A stretch of DNA of 61,323 nt, taken from the NCBI GenBank assembly GCA_964516705.1, contig CAZEYV010000077.1, forward strand, positions 1 to 61,323, read 5' to 3'. Of this stretch, positions 9,083 to 17,750 are shown in pieces; within the stretch, counting starts at the first letter, position 1; the number at the start of each line of letters is the position of its first letter. The notes beneath the pieces were generated by a model. It saw nothing but the letters and a program-made list of their open reading frames with translations, did not search any database and was not told the origin of the DNA. Made by a program: the position numbers and the translations under genes. The stretch is from an uncultured Chthoniobacter sp. (lineage in GTDB: Bacteria; Verrucomicrobiota; Verrucomicrobiia; Chthoniobacterales; JACTMZ01).

Positions 9083-9098
9083 CTACCCTGCGCAGGGT
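9083..9098. promoter_or_regulatory. 16-bp perfect palindrome TACCCTGCGCAGGGTA, candidate operator
   Basis: Lies in the divergent gap between mrdA and the lipoprotein gene. Matches 15/16 with a second copy at 9613-9628. Confidence 0.3.
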
Positions 9099-9159
9099 AT
9101 CAGGACTGGCTTGCCCGCGGTCGGCACCGGGGGTAAGAAACGGGTCACTTACCAATCCC

Positions 9160-9522
9160 ATGAAAATTCTCCTCGCTCTCCTTCCCCTTATGCTCGCCGG
9201 GTGTCTCACCGAAGACCAGATGATGACGGTGGTCAATCCCTACAACCGCCCCGGCACCTACGGCGCCCCGGTGGTGCCCGCGGGTTACCGTCCGGTCACC
9301 CCCTACCAGTCGCCATCCTTCTACCAACCGGCTTACCGTGACGGTTACCGTCAGGGTTACAACGCCGGCTTTTATGACGGAGGCAACGGCATCCCTTACC
9401 GTGCCCAGGCCCGCTACACGGGCGCGGCTTACAATGTTCCGTTTTCCGACGGCTACTACAAGGGCTATGGCGAGGGCTTTCATGAAGCCCGCCGCGGCAT
9501 GAGCTACGGTTGCAGCCTGTAG
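9160..9522 (+). CDS. Small lipoprotein, Tyr/Gly-rich
   Basis: Signal peptide plus lipobox MKILLALLPLMLAGC. The mature part is rich in GY/YxxGY motifs (DGYRQGYNAGFYDG, DGYYKGYGEGF). Confidence 0.7.
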   Translation: MKILLALLPLMLAGCLTEDQMMTVVNPYNRPGTYGAPVVPAGYRPVTPYQSPSFYQPAYRDGYRQGYNAGFYDGGNGIPYRAQARYTGAAYNVPFSDGYYKGYGEGFHEARRGMSYGCSL

Positions 9523-9610
9523 GGCCGGACCGGGCGTGGCGGTTGCTTCCCCACGCCCTTCGTCCGGGGGGACGGCCGGACGATTTCTCCCGCGACCGGG
9601 CCTGGTGCAA

Positions 9611-9630
9611 TATACCCTGCGGAGGGTATA
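9611..9630. promoter_or_regulatory. 20-bp palindrome TATACCCTGCGGAGGGTATA, candidate operator
   Basis: Second copy of the TACCCTGCG(C/G)AGGGTA motif. Lies upstream of the small TM protein / tandem winged-helix gene pair. Confidence 0.3.
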
Positions 9631-9667
9631 GCGCGGCCAGGGTGGTTGAAGGTAATCTACCTCCTCC

Positions 9668-9859
9668 ATGAACGACCGCCATCCCACCAACGAACTTGCC
9701 ACCGAGCAGCGCGACCGCCTGCTGCGGCGTTTGATCGCCGTCTTTGTCGTGGCGGCCGCGGCGGCCTTTGTCGCGGCGATCGGGACGTCCGCCTGGGGCG
9801 ACGAATCGGTCCGCGCGAACCTCGCCCAACAACAAATATCCGTCCCCGCGGCGCGCTGA
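9668..9859 (+). CDS. Small single-pass membrane protein (63 aa)
   Basis: ATG start, strongly G/C-biased third positions, and one hydrophobic helix (LIAVFVVAAAAAFVAAIG). Ends 14 nt before the next gene. No homology recognised. Confidence 0.4.
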   Translation: MNDRHPTNELATEQRDRLLRRLIAVFVVAAAAAFVAAIGTSAWGDESVRANLAQQQISVPAAR

Positions 9860-9873
9860 AGCCAACCTTGTTT

Positions 9874-10623
9874 ATGAATTACGAAGAAGCTGTTCTCGAA
9901 GCGCCGGTTGCCGGTGCGGTTGCCGTTCCGGCGGCGGACGCCATGCGGGCCGAGTTGCGCCGCGTGGTCGGCAGCCCGGATTTTCCGGCCAGTGCGCGCA
10001 ACCGCGCGTTCCTCGAATACATCGTCGGGCGGGAGGTGGCCGGGGAGGGCGAGTCGATCAGCGCTTACGCCGTGGCCACGGCCGTCTTCGGTCGCTCGGA
10101 ACTTTTCAACTCGCTCCTCGATCCGATCGTGCGGATCGAAGCGGGCAAGCTGCGCCGCGACTTGGAGACTTATTACCTCAGATCCGGCGCCGGCAGTCCG
10201 TGGCGCCTCACCGTGCCGAGGGGCGCCTACCGTCCCGTGCTCCAGCCCGCGCCGGACGACGACGGTTCCGGTCCGCTCCCCGCGGCCGACGGCACGCTTC
10301 CGGCCGATCCCCGTGCGGAACTACGCCGCGTCCTCGACAGCCCGGACTTCCCGGCGACGCCGCGCAACCGCCGCTTTCTCGAATTCGCGGCGGAAAAAGT
10401 GCTCGCCGGCCACGAAGGAAAAATCGCGCCCTATGACATTGGCACCCAGGTTTTCGGCCGTCCGGAAAGCTTCAATCCGCTGACCGACCCGATCGTGCGC
10501 ATCGAGGCGGGCAAGCTGCGCCGCGACCTCGAGACCTATTATCTGAAGTCCGGCCGGGCCAACCCGCTGCGCCTCACCCTGCCGAAGGGCGGATACCGTC
10601 CGGAGTTCGTCCCGGCGGTTTGA
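9874..10623 (+). CDS. Protein made of two tandem OmpR/PhoB-like winged-helix (trans_reg_C-like) domains
   Basis: I chose the ATG at 9874 because the longer 9646 extension is Arg-rich nonsense. Two repeats of about 100 aa each carry FLEY/FLEF, VFGR, DPIVRIEAGKLRRDLETYYL and PRGAYRP/PKGGYRP. This pattern resembles the OmpR-type DNA-binding fold. Confidence 0.6.
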   Translation: MNYEEAVLEAPVAGAVAVPAADAMRAELRRVVGSPDFPASARNRAFLEYIVGREVAGEGESISAYAVATAVFGRSELFNSLLDPIVRIEAGKLRRDLETYYLRSGAGSPWRLTVPRGAYRPVLQPAPDDDGSGPLPAADGTLPADPRAELRRVLDSPDFPATPRNRRFLEFAAEKVLAGHEGKIAPYDIGTQVFGRPESFNPLTDPIVRIEAGKLRRDLETYYLKSGRANPLRLTLPKGGYRPEFVPAV

Positions 10624-10681
10624 GGGTCCGGTCCGCGCCACGGGCCCCCGCCGCCGGAATGATGGGCAGCCGGCGACGTTC

Positions 10682-12613
10682 GTGGTAGGTTGTCCCTCCA
10701 AAGTCATGCCGGCCTCCGAACTCAAACCGCCCCGTTGGTTCAACACCCTGCTCTGGGGCAACACCGTGGCGCTCTCCTGGATGTGGGGGCTCGGGTTGTT
10801 TTTTTCCGTCCAGTTCACCACGCAATTCGGTCTTTTCGGACTGCTCAGCTTCGCCATCCCGAACTGTCTCGGGCTGGTTTTTTTCGGCCTGATCACCCAC
10901 CACCTCGCGCGGCGGCAGGCGGGCGGATCGGAATCGCTGGGGAAATTTTTCACCGGCTGGTCGCGTCCGTTCCGCCTGATTTTTTTCCTCTACCAGCTGC
11001 TGGCCATCACGCTGACCATTTTCGCTTTGATCCGCTACGGTTGGATGCCGCTCGGGTTGTCCCCCGGGGTGCTTTACCTGCCGCTCATCCTGCTGGTCAT
11101 CCTCGCGGCCGGCATCCTTTTCGGCGAGGAGTTCAACATCCGCCGCATCAAATGGAGCCACGGCGCGATCTTTCTCGTCGTGGCCGCGGCGGTCGGCATC
11201 CTCCTCTCGGCCCCGGCGCACATTTCGCCGGATCTTTCGGCCGTCAAGGTCGAGAAATTGCCGACCGACGATTGGAACTTCTGGGGCTATATGGTCCCGA
11301 TTTTCATCGGTTTCCTCCTCGGCCCGTGGCTCGACCTGCAGCAATGGCAACGCGCCATCCAGATGCACCGCGAGCGCGTGTCCGTCGCGGCGGCCTATGT
11401 CGCGGGCGCGCTGCAGTTTTTCCTCCTCCTCCTTTTCCACGGCACGCTGGCCCTCTGGGCGCTCGGAGCCGGGGCGGGGCGCTTCCTCCACGGCGGACTG
11501 GGCGGGCACGTTTACGGGCATGATTCGGTCATGCGCCTGCTCTCCGAGAAAGCGGCCGAGCATCCGTGGATTTTCGGCGCCTACTGCGTGTTCCTTTGCG
11601 CCTGCGCGCTGACCACGCTCGACAGCGGTTACATCGCGCTGCGCTGGTTCCTGCAGAGCAACGTGCGGACCAGCGTGAACGCCATCTTCGCGCTCGTCCC
11701 GACGTCATTGGTCACCTCGCCGATCCCGCTCTTCCTTTTCTGCGGCGCGGTCGCCCTGGCCGGCGCGGCGCTCGGGCTCGAGTTGGAATACTTCATGATT
11801 TTCTACGCCACGTTCTTCGTCGGCTATTCCGCGCTGGCCGTGGCGCGCTGCTATGTCAACACGCCGGCCAACCGCATCCCGCAAGTGAAGATGTTCTGCC
11901 TCGGCAGCCTCGCCGTGGTCATTTTCGCCTTCGGTTACCTCCTCGGTTACCCAATCTTCATGATCATCGGGTCGCTCCTGCCGCTCGGCTACGTTTTCTG
12001 GACGCTGGCCAAGCCGACGGCAGGGGAGGATTTTGTCAGCGACGCCGACCAGCTCGGCGCCATGGCCGACGAGATGTCGCCCCTGGCCGCCCCGACGCTG
12101 CCCGCCGCGCCGGGTCCGGTGCGCGCGGTGCTCGAGGCGCCGGCCACCCTGACCGAAACCGCCAAGTCGCTTGTCGAGGCGGTGCAGCATCCGCTCGGCG
12201 GGCATTTCGAGGGCAAGTGGTTCGTCCACTCGTTCGTCGCGACGTATGCCGACACCAATTCGGTCGGCAACGTTTACTTCGGCATGTATGCCATGTGGGT
12301 CGGCAAGACGCGCGAGTTGTTCTTCAACCGCGTCATGCCCAAGTTCAACCTCAAGAACACGTCGTTCTACATCCTCACGCGGTCCTTCGAGCACAAGTTC
12401 GTCCGCGAGACGCGCGAGTTCGAAACGGTCAGCGTGCGCATCCGCATCGGCGGCTACAACCGCAAGTTCGTCACCCTCGAGCACGAGATCTACGACACGC
12501 AGAACCAGTTGCTCGGCAAGGGACAGCAGAGCCTGCTGTTCGTGTCGTCCGCCGACTACAAGATGATCGACGTGCCGCCCGAGGTGCACACGGCGTTTAT
12601 TCCTTACGTGTAG
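10682..12613 (+). CDS. Fusion protein: polytopic membrane domain plus C-terminal 4HBT/YbgC-like hotdog thioesterase
   Basis: About 11-12 hydrophobic helices in the first ~420 aa, then a linker. The C-terminus carries YADTNSVGNVYFGMY (the catalytic Asp context of 4HBT thioesterases). The start may instead be the ATG at 10706. Confidence 0.75.
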   Translation: MVGCPSKVMPASELKPPRWFNTLLWGNTVALSWMWGLGLFFSVQFTTQFGLFGLLSFAIPNCLGLVFFGLITHHLARRQAGGSESLGKFFTGWSRPFRLIFFLYQLLAITLTIFALIRYGWMPLGLSPGVLYLPLILLVILAAGILFGEEFNIRRIKWSHGAIFLVVAAAVGILLSAPAHISPDLSAVKVEKLPTDDWNFWGYMVPIFIGFLLGPWLDLQQWQRAIQMHRERVSVAAAYVAGALQFFLLLLFHGTLALWALGAGAGRFLHGGLGGHVYGHDSVMRLLSEKAAEHPWIFGAYCVFLCACALTTLDSGYIALRWFLQSNVRTSVNAIFALVPTSLVTSPIPLFLFCGAVALAGAALGLELEYFMIFYATFFVGYSALAVARCYVNTPANRIPQVKMFCLGSLAVVIFAFGYLLGYPIFMIIGSLLPLGYVFWTLAKPTAGEDFVSDADQLGAMADEMSPLAAPTLPAAPGPVRAVLEAPATLTETAKSLVEAVQHPLGGHFEGKWFVHSFVATYADTNSVGNVYFGMYAMWVGKTRELFFNRVMPKFNLKNTSFYILTRSFEHKFVRETREFETVSVRIRIGGYNRKFVTLEHEIYDTQNQLLGKGQQSLLFVSSADYKMIDVPPEVHTAFIPYV

Positions 12614-12644
12614 CGGTCGTCATCCGCGCCAGCCGGACTGTGAT

Positions 12645-12784
12645 TGTAGCGGCGGACTGTGTCCGTCGGTCGCCTTGTCGGAAATGGTTCCGACGGTCAC
12701 AGACCGCCACTACAAAACTGTAGCGTCGCCGTCCCCGGCGACGGAGCTAACGGAATGACCGGCGCCGGGGACGGCGCCGCTACA
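12645..12784. repeat. Cluster of four GTAGCG-type REP units
   Basis: tGTAGCGGCGGACtgtGTCCGTCG (12645-12668). Its inverted partner is at 12691-12714. cTGTAGCGTCGCCGtcccCGGCGACGG is at 12718-12744. The complement of 12759-12784 reads TGTAGCGGCGCCGTCCCCGGCGCCGG. Confidence 0.75.
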
Positions 12785-12798
12785 TCCTGAAAAATGCT

Positions 12799-13818
12799 TC
12801 AGTAGCTGTGCTCGGTCAGCTTCACTTTGCCGCGGAAGATGTAGTAGACGCTCACGGTGTAGGCCAGGACGATGGGGATGCCGATGATGGCCATGATGAG
12901 CATGATGAAATGGGTCTTGGCCGTGGAGGCGGCGTTGTAAATGGTCAGGCTGAGTTCGGGGTTCGGCATGGAAAGCACCATGTTGGGATAAACGGTCAGT
13001 CCGAAGAGCGCCATGAGCAGGGCCATGGAGGCGCAGGAGGAAAGGAAAGCGGCGAAGTCGTTGCCCTTGTGGTTCTGGCGCGGGATGTTGAGCACGACGA
13101 GAACATTGAGGACAAAGACGGCGATCAACCAGGGCCGCGCGCGCAGGATTTCGAGCAAGTGCGGCGCGTAGATCAGGGTGGCCACGTTGAGGATGAGGTA
13201 GAAAAAGAGGAAGAGGCCGATCGTGCGGTTGACCCAGCGGCGGACGAGGGCCTGCAAGGCCCCTTCGGTTTTCATCACGAGATAGATCGACCCGTGCATG
13301 GCGAAGAGGGCGACGGTGGTGAAGCCGAGGAGGATGGCGTAGGGATTGAAGAGGGCCCGGACGCCGCCGATGTAGTTGCCGGTCGCGTCGAGTTGCACCC
13401 CGATGAGGATGTTCCCCATGGTCAGACCGATCAAAAAGCTCGAGCCGATGCTGCCGAGGGAAAAGCCGAGGTCCCACATTTGCCGCCACCAGCCCCACGG
13501 TTCTTTGCTCCGGAATTCGATGGCCACCGCGCGGAAGATGAGCCCGCAGAGCAAGGCCATGAACGGCAGGTAAAACCCGGAAAAAACCCCGGCATAGACC
13601 ATGGGGAAGGCGGCAAAGAGGGCGCCGGCCCCGGTGACCAGCCAGACCTCGTTGCCGTCCCAGACCGGCCCGATGGCATTGAGGAAGATGCGGCGGTCTT
13701 CGTCCTTCTTGACCAAAAGGTGCAGCGCCCCGACCCCGAGGTCGAAGCCGTCGAGCATGGCGTAGCCGGTGAAAAGGACGCCAACGAGAATGAACCAGAT
13801 GGTGTTGAGGTCGGGCAT
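12799..13818 (-). CDS. cydB: Cytochrome bd ubiquinol oxidase subunit II
   Basis: The N-terminus MPDLNTIWFILVGVLFTGYAMLDGFDLGVGAL is characteristic of CydB. Polytopic. Lies directly downstream of cydA. Confidence 0.92.
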   Translation of the reverse strand: MPDLNTIWFILVGVLFTGYAMLDGFDLGVGALHLLVKKDEDRRIFLNAIGPVWDGNEVWLVTGAGALFAAFPMVYAGVFSGFYLPFMALLCGLIFRAVAIEFRSKEPWGWWRQMWDLGFSLGSIGSSFLIGLTMGNILIGVQLDATGNYIGGVRALFNPYAILLGFTTVALFAMHGSIYLVMKTEGALQALVRRWVNRTIGLFLFFYLILNVATLIYAPHLLEILRARPWLIAVFVLNVLVVLNIPRQNHKGNDFAAFLSSCASMALLMALFGLTVYPNMVLSMPNPELSLTIYNAASTAKTHFIMLIMAIIGIPIVLAYTVSVYYIFRGKVKLTEHSY

Positions 13819-13825
13819 GGGGTGG

Positions 13826-15277
13826 TCAACCGGCGCCGCGGGCCTGGCCCTTGCGCCGTTCCATGAGGGCCACCCAGCTGGTCGGCATTTCCTCGCTTTC
13901 CTCCTCGTCGTCCGGCCCGCGCTGGATTTTGCGGTTCAGAAGATAAAGAAAGACGGCGAAGAGCAGGGCGTAGATGAAGGTGAACATGATGAGCGAGGCG
14001 ATCACGTGGTTGGCCTTGACCACTTCGCTCAGCCCCTGCGAGGTGCGCATGATCCCGTAGACAATCCACGGTTGGCGTCCCAACTCCGTGGTGAACCAGC
14101 CGCTCTGGTTGGCGATCTGCGGCCCGAGCACGGACAAGACCAGAACCCCGTAGTAAAGGCGGACGATGGGGTTCGACAGATTGAAAAGCCATCCGCGCCA
14201 CCAAAGAAACATCCCGAACCACGCGATGCCGATGAGCGCCATGCCGATGGCGATCATGAGGTGGTAAAATTGGAACACGGCCTGGACCGGCGGCCAGTCT
14301 TCCTTGGGAAAAGCGTCCAGCCCGGTGACCACCGTGTTGGTCGAGCCGCCGACCAGGATGCTGAGCATCCCCGGGATTTGCAGGCCGATGACCTCCTGTT
14401 TTTCCATGTCGAGCCAGCCGACGATGGCCATGGGGGCGTTGGACTGCGTTTTGAAAACGCCTTCCATCGCGGCGAGCTTGGCCGGTTGGTTTTTGGTCAC
14501 TCCGTCGGCCGATTTGGCTCCGGTGGCCAGTTGCAACAAAGAGGCCACCGCGGCGAAAATGAGGGCGACTTTCAGCGAGGTGCGGGCGAATTCGAGGTGG
14601 CGTCCGCGGAGCAGATAGTAGGCGCTGATGCTGATGACGAGAAAGGCGCCGGCCTGCCAGCAACCGACGATGACGTGCGAGAGGCGCTCCATCGCCGAGG
14701 GGTTGAAGATCATGGCCCAGAAATCCTCGACCACGGCGCGCGAATTGAGGATCTGGTCGGCCGTGGGAAGGAAACCATGCGGCATGATTTCGCCCCGGTA
14801 TTCGATGCGGAAGCCGGCCGGGGTGTGCATCCAGGAGTTGGCGATGACGATCCAGACCGCGCTGAAATGGGCCCCGAGGCAGACCATGCAGGTGGCGAAG
14901 AAGTGCAGTTTGGGTCCGACCTTGTTCCAACCGAAGAGCAGGATGGCGAGGAAGCCGGACTCGAGGAAGAAGGCAAAGATGCCCTCGGCGGCCAGCGCGC
15001 TGCCGAAGATGTCCCCGACAAAGCGCGAGTAAGCCGCCCAGTTGGTGCCGAACTCGAATTCGAGCACGATCCCGGTGGCCACCCCGATGGCGAAGGTCAG
15101 GCCGAAGACCCGCGTCCAATAGCGCGCCATGTTGTGGTATTTCGGCGAGCCCGTCTTGAGCCACATCGCCTCCATGATGACCAGGACCACGCCCAGACCC
15201 ATGGTCAGCGGCACGTAGAGGTAATGGAACATGATCGTGAACGCGAACTGGATCCGGGAGAGAATTTCGACGTCCAT
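13826..15277 (-). CDS. cydA: Cytochrome bd ubiquinol oxidase subunit I
   Basis: N-terminus LSRIQFAFTIMFHYLYVPLTMGLG. The Q-loop region includes GWFTTELGRQPW. Confidence 0.92.
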   Translation of the reverse strand: MDVEILSRIQFAFTIMFHYLYVPLTMGLGVVLVIMEAMWLKTGSPKYHNMARYWTRVFGLTFAIGVATGIVLEFEFGTNWAAYSRFVGDIFGSALAAEGIFAFFLESGFLAILLFGWNKVGPKLHFFATCMVCLGAHFSAVWIVIANSWMHTPAGFRIEYRGEIMPHGFLPTADQILNSRAVVEDFWAMIFNPSAMERLSHVIVGCWQAGAFLVISISAYYLLRGRHLEFARTSLKVALIFAAVASLLQLATGAKSADGVTKNQPAKLAAMEGVFKTQSNAPMAIVGWLDMEKQEVIGLQIPGMLSILVGGSTNTVVTGLDAFPKEDWPPVQAVFQFYHLMIAIGMALIGIAWFGMFLWWRGWLFNLSNPIVRLYYGVLVLSVLGPQIANQSGWFTTELGRQPWIVYGIMRTSQGLSEVVKANHVIASLIMFTFIYALLFAVFLYLLNRKIQRGPDDEEESEEMPTSWVALMERRKGQARGAG

Positions 15278-15356
15278 GGGCGCGGGAAGAGTAGGTCGGA
15301 GGCGGGGGCGGGGGAAGATTTAGAGCCAATCAAAATGATGTAGCCTCCCGTGGGTT

Positions 15357-15412
15357 CGGCGCCGGGGACGGCGCCGCTACATGAACTGTAGCGTCGGCGT
15401 CCCCGCCGACGG
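15357..15412. repeat. Head-to-head REP doublet (flavours A and B)
   Basis: cggcgccggggacggcgccgCTACA-tgaa-cTGTAGcgtcggcgtccccgccgacgg. Confidence 0.75.
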
Positions 15413-15434
15413 ATCGACAGATCATGTGCCCGCC

Positions 15435-16547
15435 TTACTCGGGAATGAGCCGCACCACTTTCCCCGGCTGGTCGTAGACCACGTAAAGAAACCCGTCGTC
15501 GAACGAGCGCACGTCGCGGATGCGGCCGGTGCCTTTGAGCAGGACCTCCTGCGAGGTCACCGCGGGGCCGTTCATGGACAGGCGGACGATGCGTTGCCCG
15601 GCCAGGCCGCCGGCGAAGAGGTTCCCGCGCCAGCGGGGGAACTGGTCGCCTTGGTAGACGGCGAGACCGGAGGCGGCGATGACCGGGGTCCATTGCACCA
15701 CGGGGTCTTCCATCCCCGGCCGGGATTTGTTTTTCGTGATCGTTGTCCCGCTGTAATTGATCCCGTGGCTGGCCAGCGGCCAGCCGTAGTTGGCCCCCTT
15801 GCGGATGAGGTTCAATTCGTCGCCGCCGCGGGGCCCGTGCTCGGTCTCCCAGAGACGCCCGGTGGCTTGGTCGTAGACCAACCCCTGAGCGTTGCGCGAA
15901 CCGTAGGCCCAGATAGTCGGCAGGGCGCCGGGCCGGTCGACGAACGGGTTGTCCGCGGGGATGCGTCCGTCGTCATGGACGCGGTGGATTTTCCCCGCGG
16001 CCTGCCCGAGGTCTTGGGCGGGGTTTTCCGGGTTGGTCGGACCGCCCCGGTCGCCGATCGAGAAGAAAAGATGTCCGCGTCCGTCGAAAGCCAACCGGCA
16101 GCCGAAATGAAGGCCGCCATCCCGGGCCTGGTCCGCGGGCGGATCATAGACCGTTTCCAGATCGGTCAACCGCTCCCCGTCGAGCCGTCCGCGCACGATG
16201 GAAGTGTGCGCGCCGTTGCCGAACGGTTTGGAGAAGGCGAGGTAGATCCAGCCATTGGTGTCATAGTCCGGATGCGTGACCACATCGAGCAAGCCGCCTT
16301 GGCCGCGCGCCACGACGTCCGGCACGCCGTCGATCCGGCGCGGCACGGCCCCCGGTCCGTCGATAAGCAGGAGATTGCCGGGGCGTTCAGTGACGAGAAA
16401 CCGTCCGTCGGGCAACCGGGCCACGGCCCACGGGCGCTCGAGTCCGTCGGCGATGGTCTCGATAGTGAAGCGGTGGGCGGCGGAGGAAACCGCTTCGGCC
16501 GCGGCGTCCGCGACGGCCAGAACGAGCAGAACCAGGGCAAGTTTCAT
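15435..16547 (-). CDS. PQQ-dependent soluble sugar (glucose/sorbosone) dehydrogenase, YliI-like
   Basis: Signal peptide. Beta-propeller motifs: GLERPWAVARLPDGRFLVTERPG, GKIHRVHDDGRIPADNPF, WAYGSRNAQGL, ETEHGPRGGDELNLI..GANYGWP. Confidence 0.85.
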   Translation of the reverse strand: MKLALVLLVLAVADAAAEAVSSAAHRFTIETIADGLERPWAVARLPDGRFLVTERPGNLLLIDGPGAVPRRIDGVPDVVARGQGGLLDVVTHPDYDTNGWIYLAFSKPFGNGAHTSIVRGRLDGERLTDLETVYDPPADQARDGGLHFGCRLAFDGRGHLFFSIGDRGGPTNPENPAQDLGQAAGKIHRVHDDGRIPADNPFVDRPGALPTIWAYGSRNAQGLVYDQATGRLWETEHGPRGGDELNLIRKGANYGWPLASHGINYSGTTITKNKSRPGMEDPVVQWTPVIAASGLAVYQGDQFPRWRGNLFAGGLAGQRIVRLSMNGPAVTSQEVLLKGTGRIRDVRSFDDGFLYVVYDQPGKVVRLIPE

Positions 16548-16648
16548 CGCGGCGGGATTGTGGCGGAGGGAGGAGGACTGTCGAAGCGGAAAAGCCGGCC
16601 GCCGCGCCTCGAATGGACGGTAGGGACGAGCGAGCCGGAGAAGAAAGA

Positions 16649-16766
16649 GTAGAAGCGGCGTCCCCGCCGCTTAACCTGGACGACAAGCGGCGGGGATCCG
16701 CACACGGCGTCCCCGCCGCTTCTACTCTTCGGACCGGGCAGCGGACCCGCGGCCGCGGGTCCCTAC
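16649..16766. repeat. REP cluster: GTAGAAGCGG flavour (two inverted units) plus one GTAGGG unit
   Basis: GTAGAAGCGGCGtcccCGCCGCTT (16649-16672). The complement of 16685-16725 starts GTAGAAGCGGCGGGGA. The complement of 16741-16766 reads GTAGGGACCCGCGGCCGCGGGTCCGC. Confidence 0.65.
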
Positions 16767-17070
16767 CTGCCATCTCCGACCGCGCGGGCATGTTAATAAC
16801 AGATTATTTTTTGCCTTTTTTCCTTGCCCGGGTGGGGTGAATCCCTTAGCTTTCACTCTCAAATCTTTATTCCCGCAACCTCTAACCCACCGACCGAAGC
16901 CCGAATTTTATTCCAAACCCGTTGTAGCCTGTCATCTCCACCACAGCCCTTTTGCCGGGCGTGATCGTTTCCGGACTCACCGAAGCCGATACCGCCAGTC
17001 AGATTCCCCCGGGCGAAGTCGATGACTCACGCAACGCCAGCCAGTCCTCAACGTTGCGATCATCCGTCCT

Positions 17071-17736
17071 ATGAAAAAAATCCTTACTACTTTGACTGTC
17101 ATTGCGGCTACTGCACTTGGGGCGCAGGGGCAGACGACAAATACATTTCCTGCTGGCACAGGTGCAAATTCGTTCACTGGTCTGACCTTTAATACTTTTT
17201 CCGGGAATCTTCCAGGCGACGAACTGTATACGCGAGCCAGACTTTTGCTTGGCGTCACAGGTGGCGATTTTAGTGCGGGATTTCCTGCGAATATCACCAT
17301 TTCCAGCATCACGCTCTCGGGCCAAGGTATTGCGACAACACTCTCGGGGTTTAGTGACGTAAAGGTTTTCAACAACCTGAGTAATCCGGCAGACGCAACT
17401 CTATATGCTCAGTCGACAGCCGTTAATCTAAATACAAACGTCGTAACTTGGAGCTCCGCGACCAGCGCAGTAAACTTCACGGCCCAAGCTAGCTTTGGGG
17501 GCAATTTGCCCGTTGGGGCTAAGTTATTCTATGCAGTGCAGTATATGAATACTAACGGCGCCCAACTGAACACCGCATTTGGTAACGTGGATCTTGTAGC
17601 AGTGCCGGAGCCTTCTACCTACGTCGCGGCTGTCGGCTTGTTGGGTCTCTGCCTCTGGTCTGCCAGGCGGCAATTGTTCAAATTCGCAGGCGCACGTTCC
17701 TCCGCCTCGGGCCCCGGCGAAAACGGCGCGGCCTAA
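17071..17736 (+). CDS. PEP-CTERM sorting-domain protein
   Basis: Signal peptide MKKILTTLTVIAATALGAQG. C-terminal VPEPSTYVAAVGLLGLCLWSARRQ (PEP motif, TM helix, basic cluster). G+C and GC3 are markedly lower than in all neighbouring genes. Confidence 0.75.
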   Translation: MKKILTTLTVIAATALGAQGQTTNTFPAGTGANSFTGLTFNTFSGNLPGDELYTRARLLLGVTGGDFSAGFPANITISSITLSGQGIATTLSGFSDVKVFNNLSNPADATLYAQSTAVNLNTNVVTWSSATSAVNFTAQASFGGNLPVGAKLFYAVQYMNTNGAQLNTAFGNVDLVAVPEPSTYVAAVGLLGLCLWSARRQLFKFAGARSSASGPGENGAA

Positions 17737-17750
17737 GCTGCGCGCGGTCT

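Noticed and set aside
7073-9136. 687-aa plus-strand ORF, together with the 556-aa and 363-aa minus-strand alternative-frame ORFs 7212..8882 and 6646..7737
   Set aside because: All overlap the PBP2 gene, whose frame carries the SxxK transpeptidase motifs. The alternatives are Arg/Pro-rich nonsense.
9646-9873. 5' extension of the tandem winged-helix ORF (track start 9646)
   Set aside because: The extension translates to Arg-rich junk (RPPSHQRTCHRAARPPAAAFDRRLCRGGRGG). It also overlaps a better small ORF in another frame (9668..9859). The ATG at 9874 is the preferred start.
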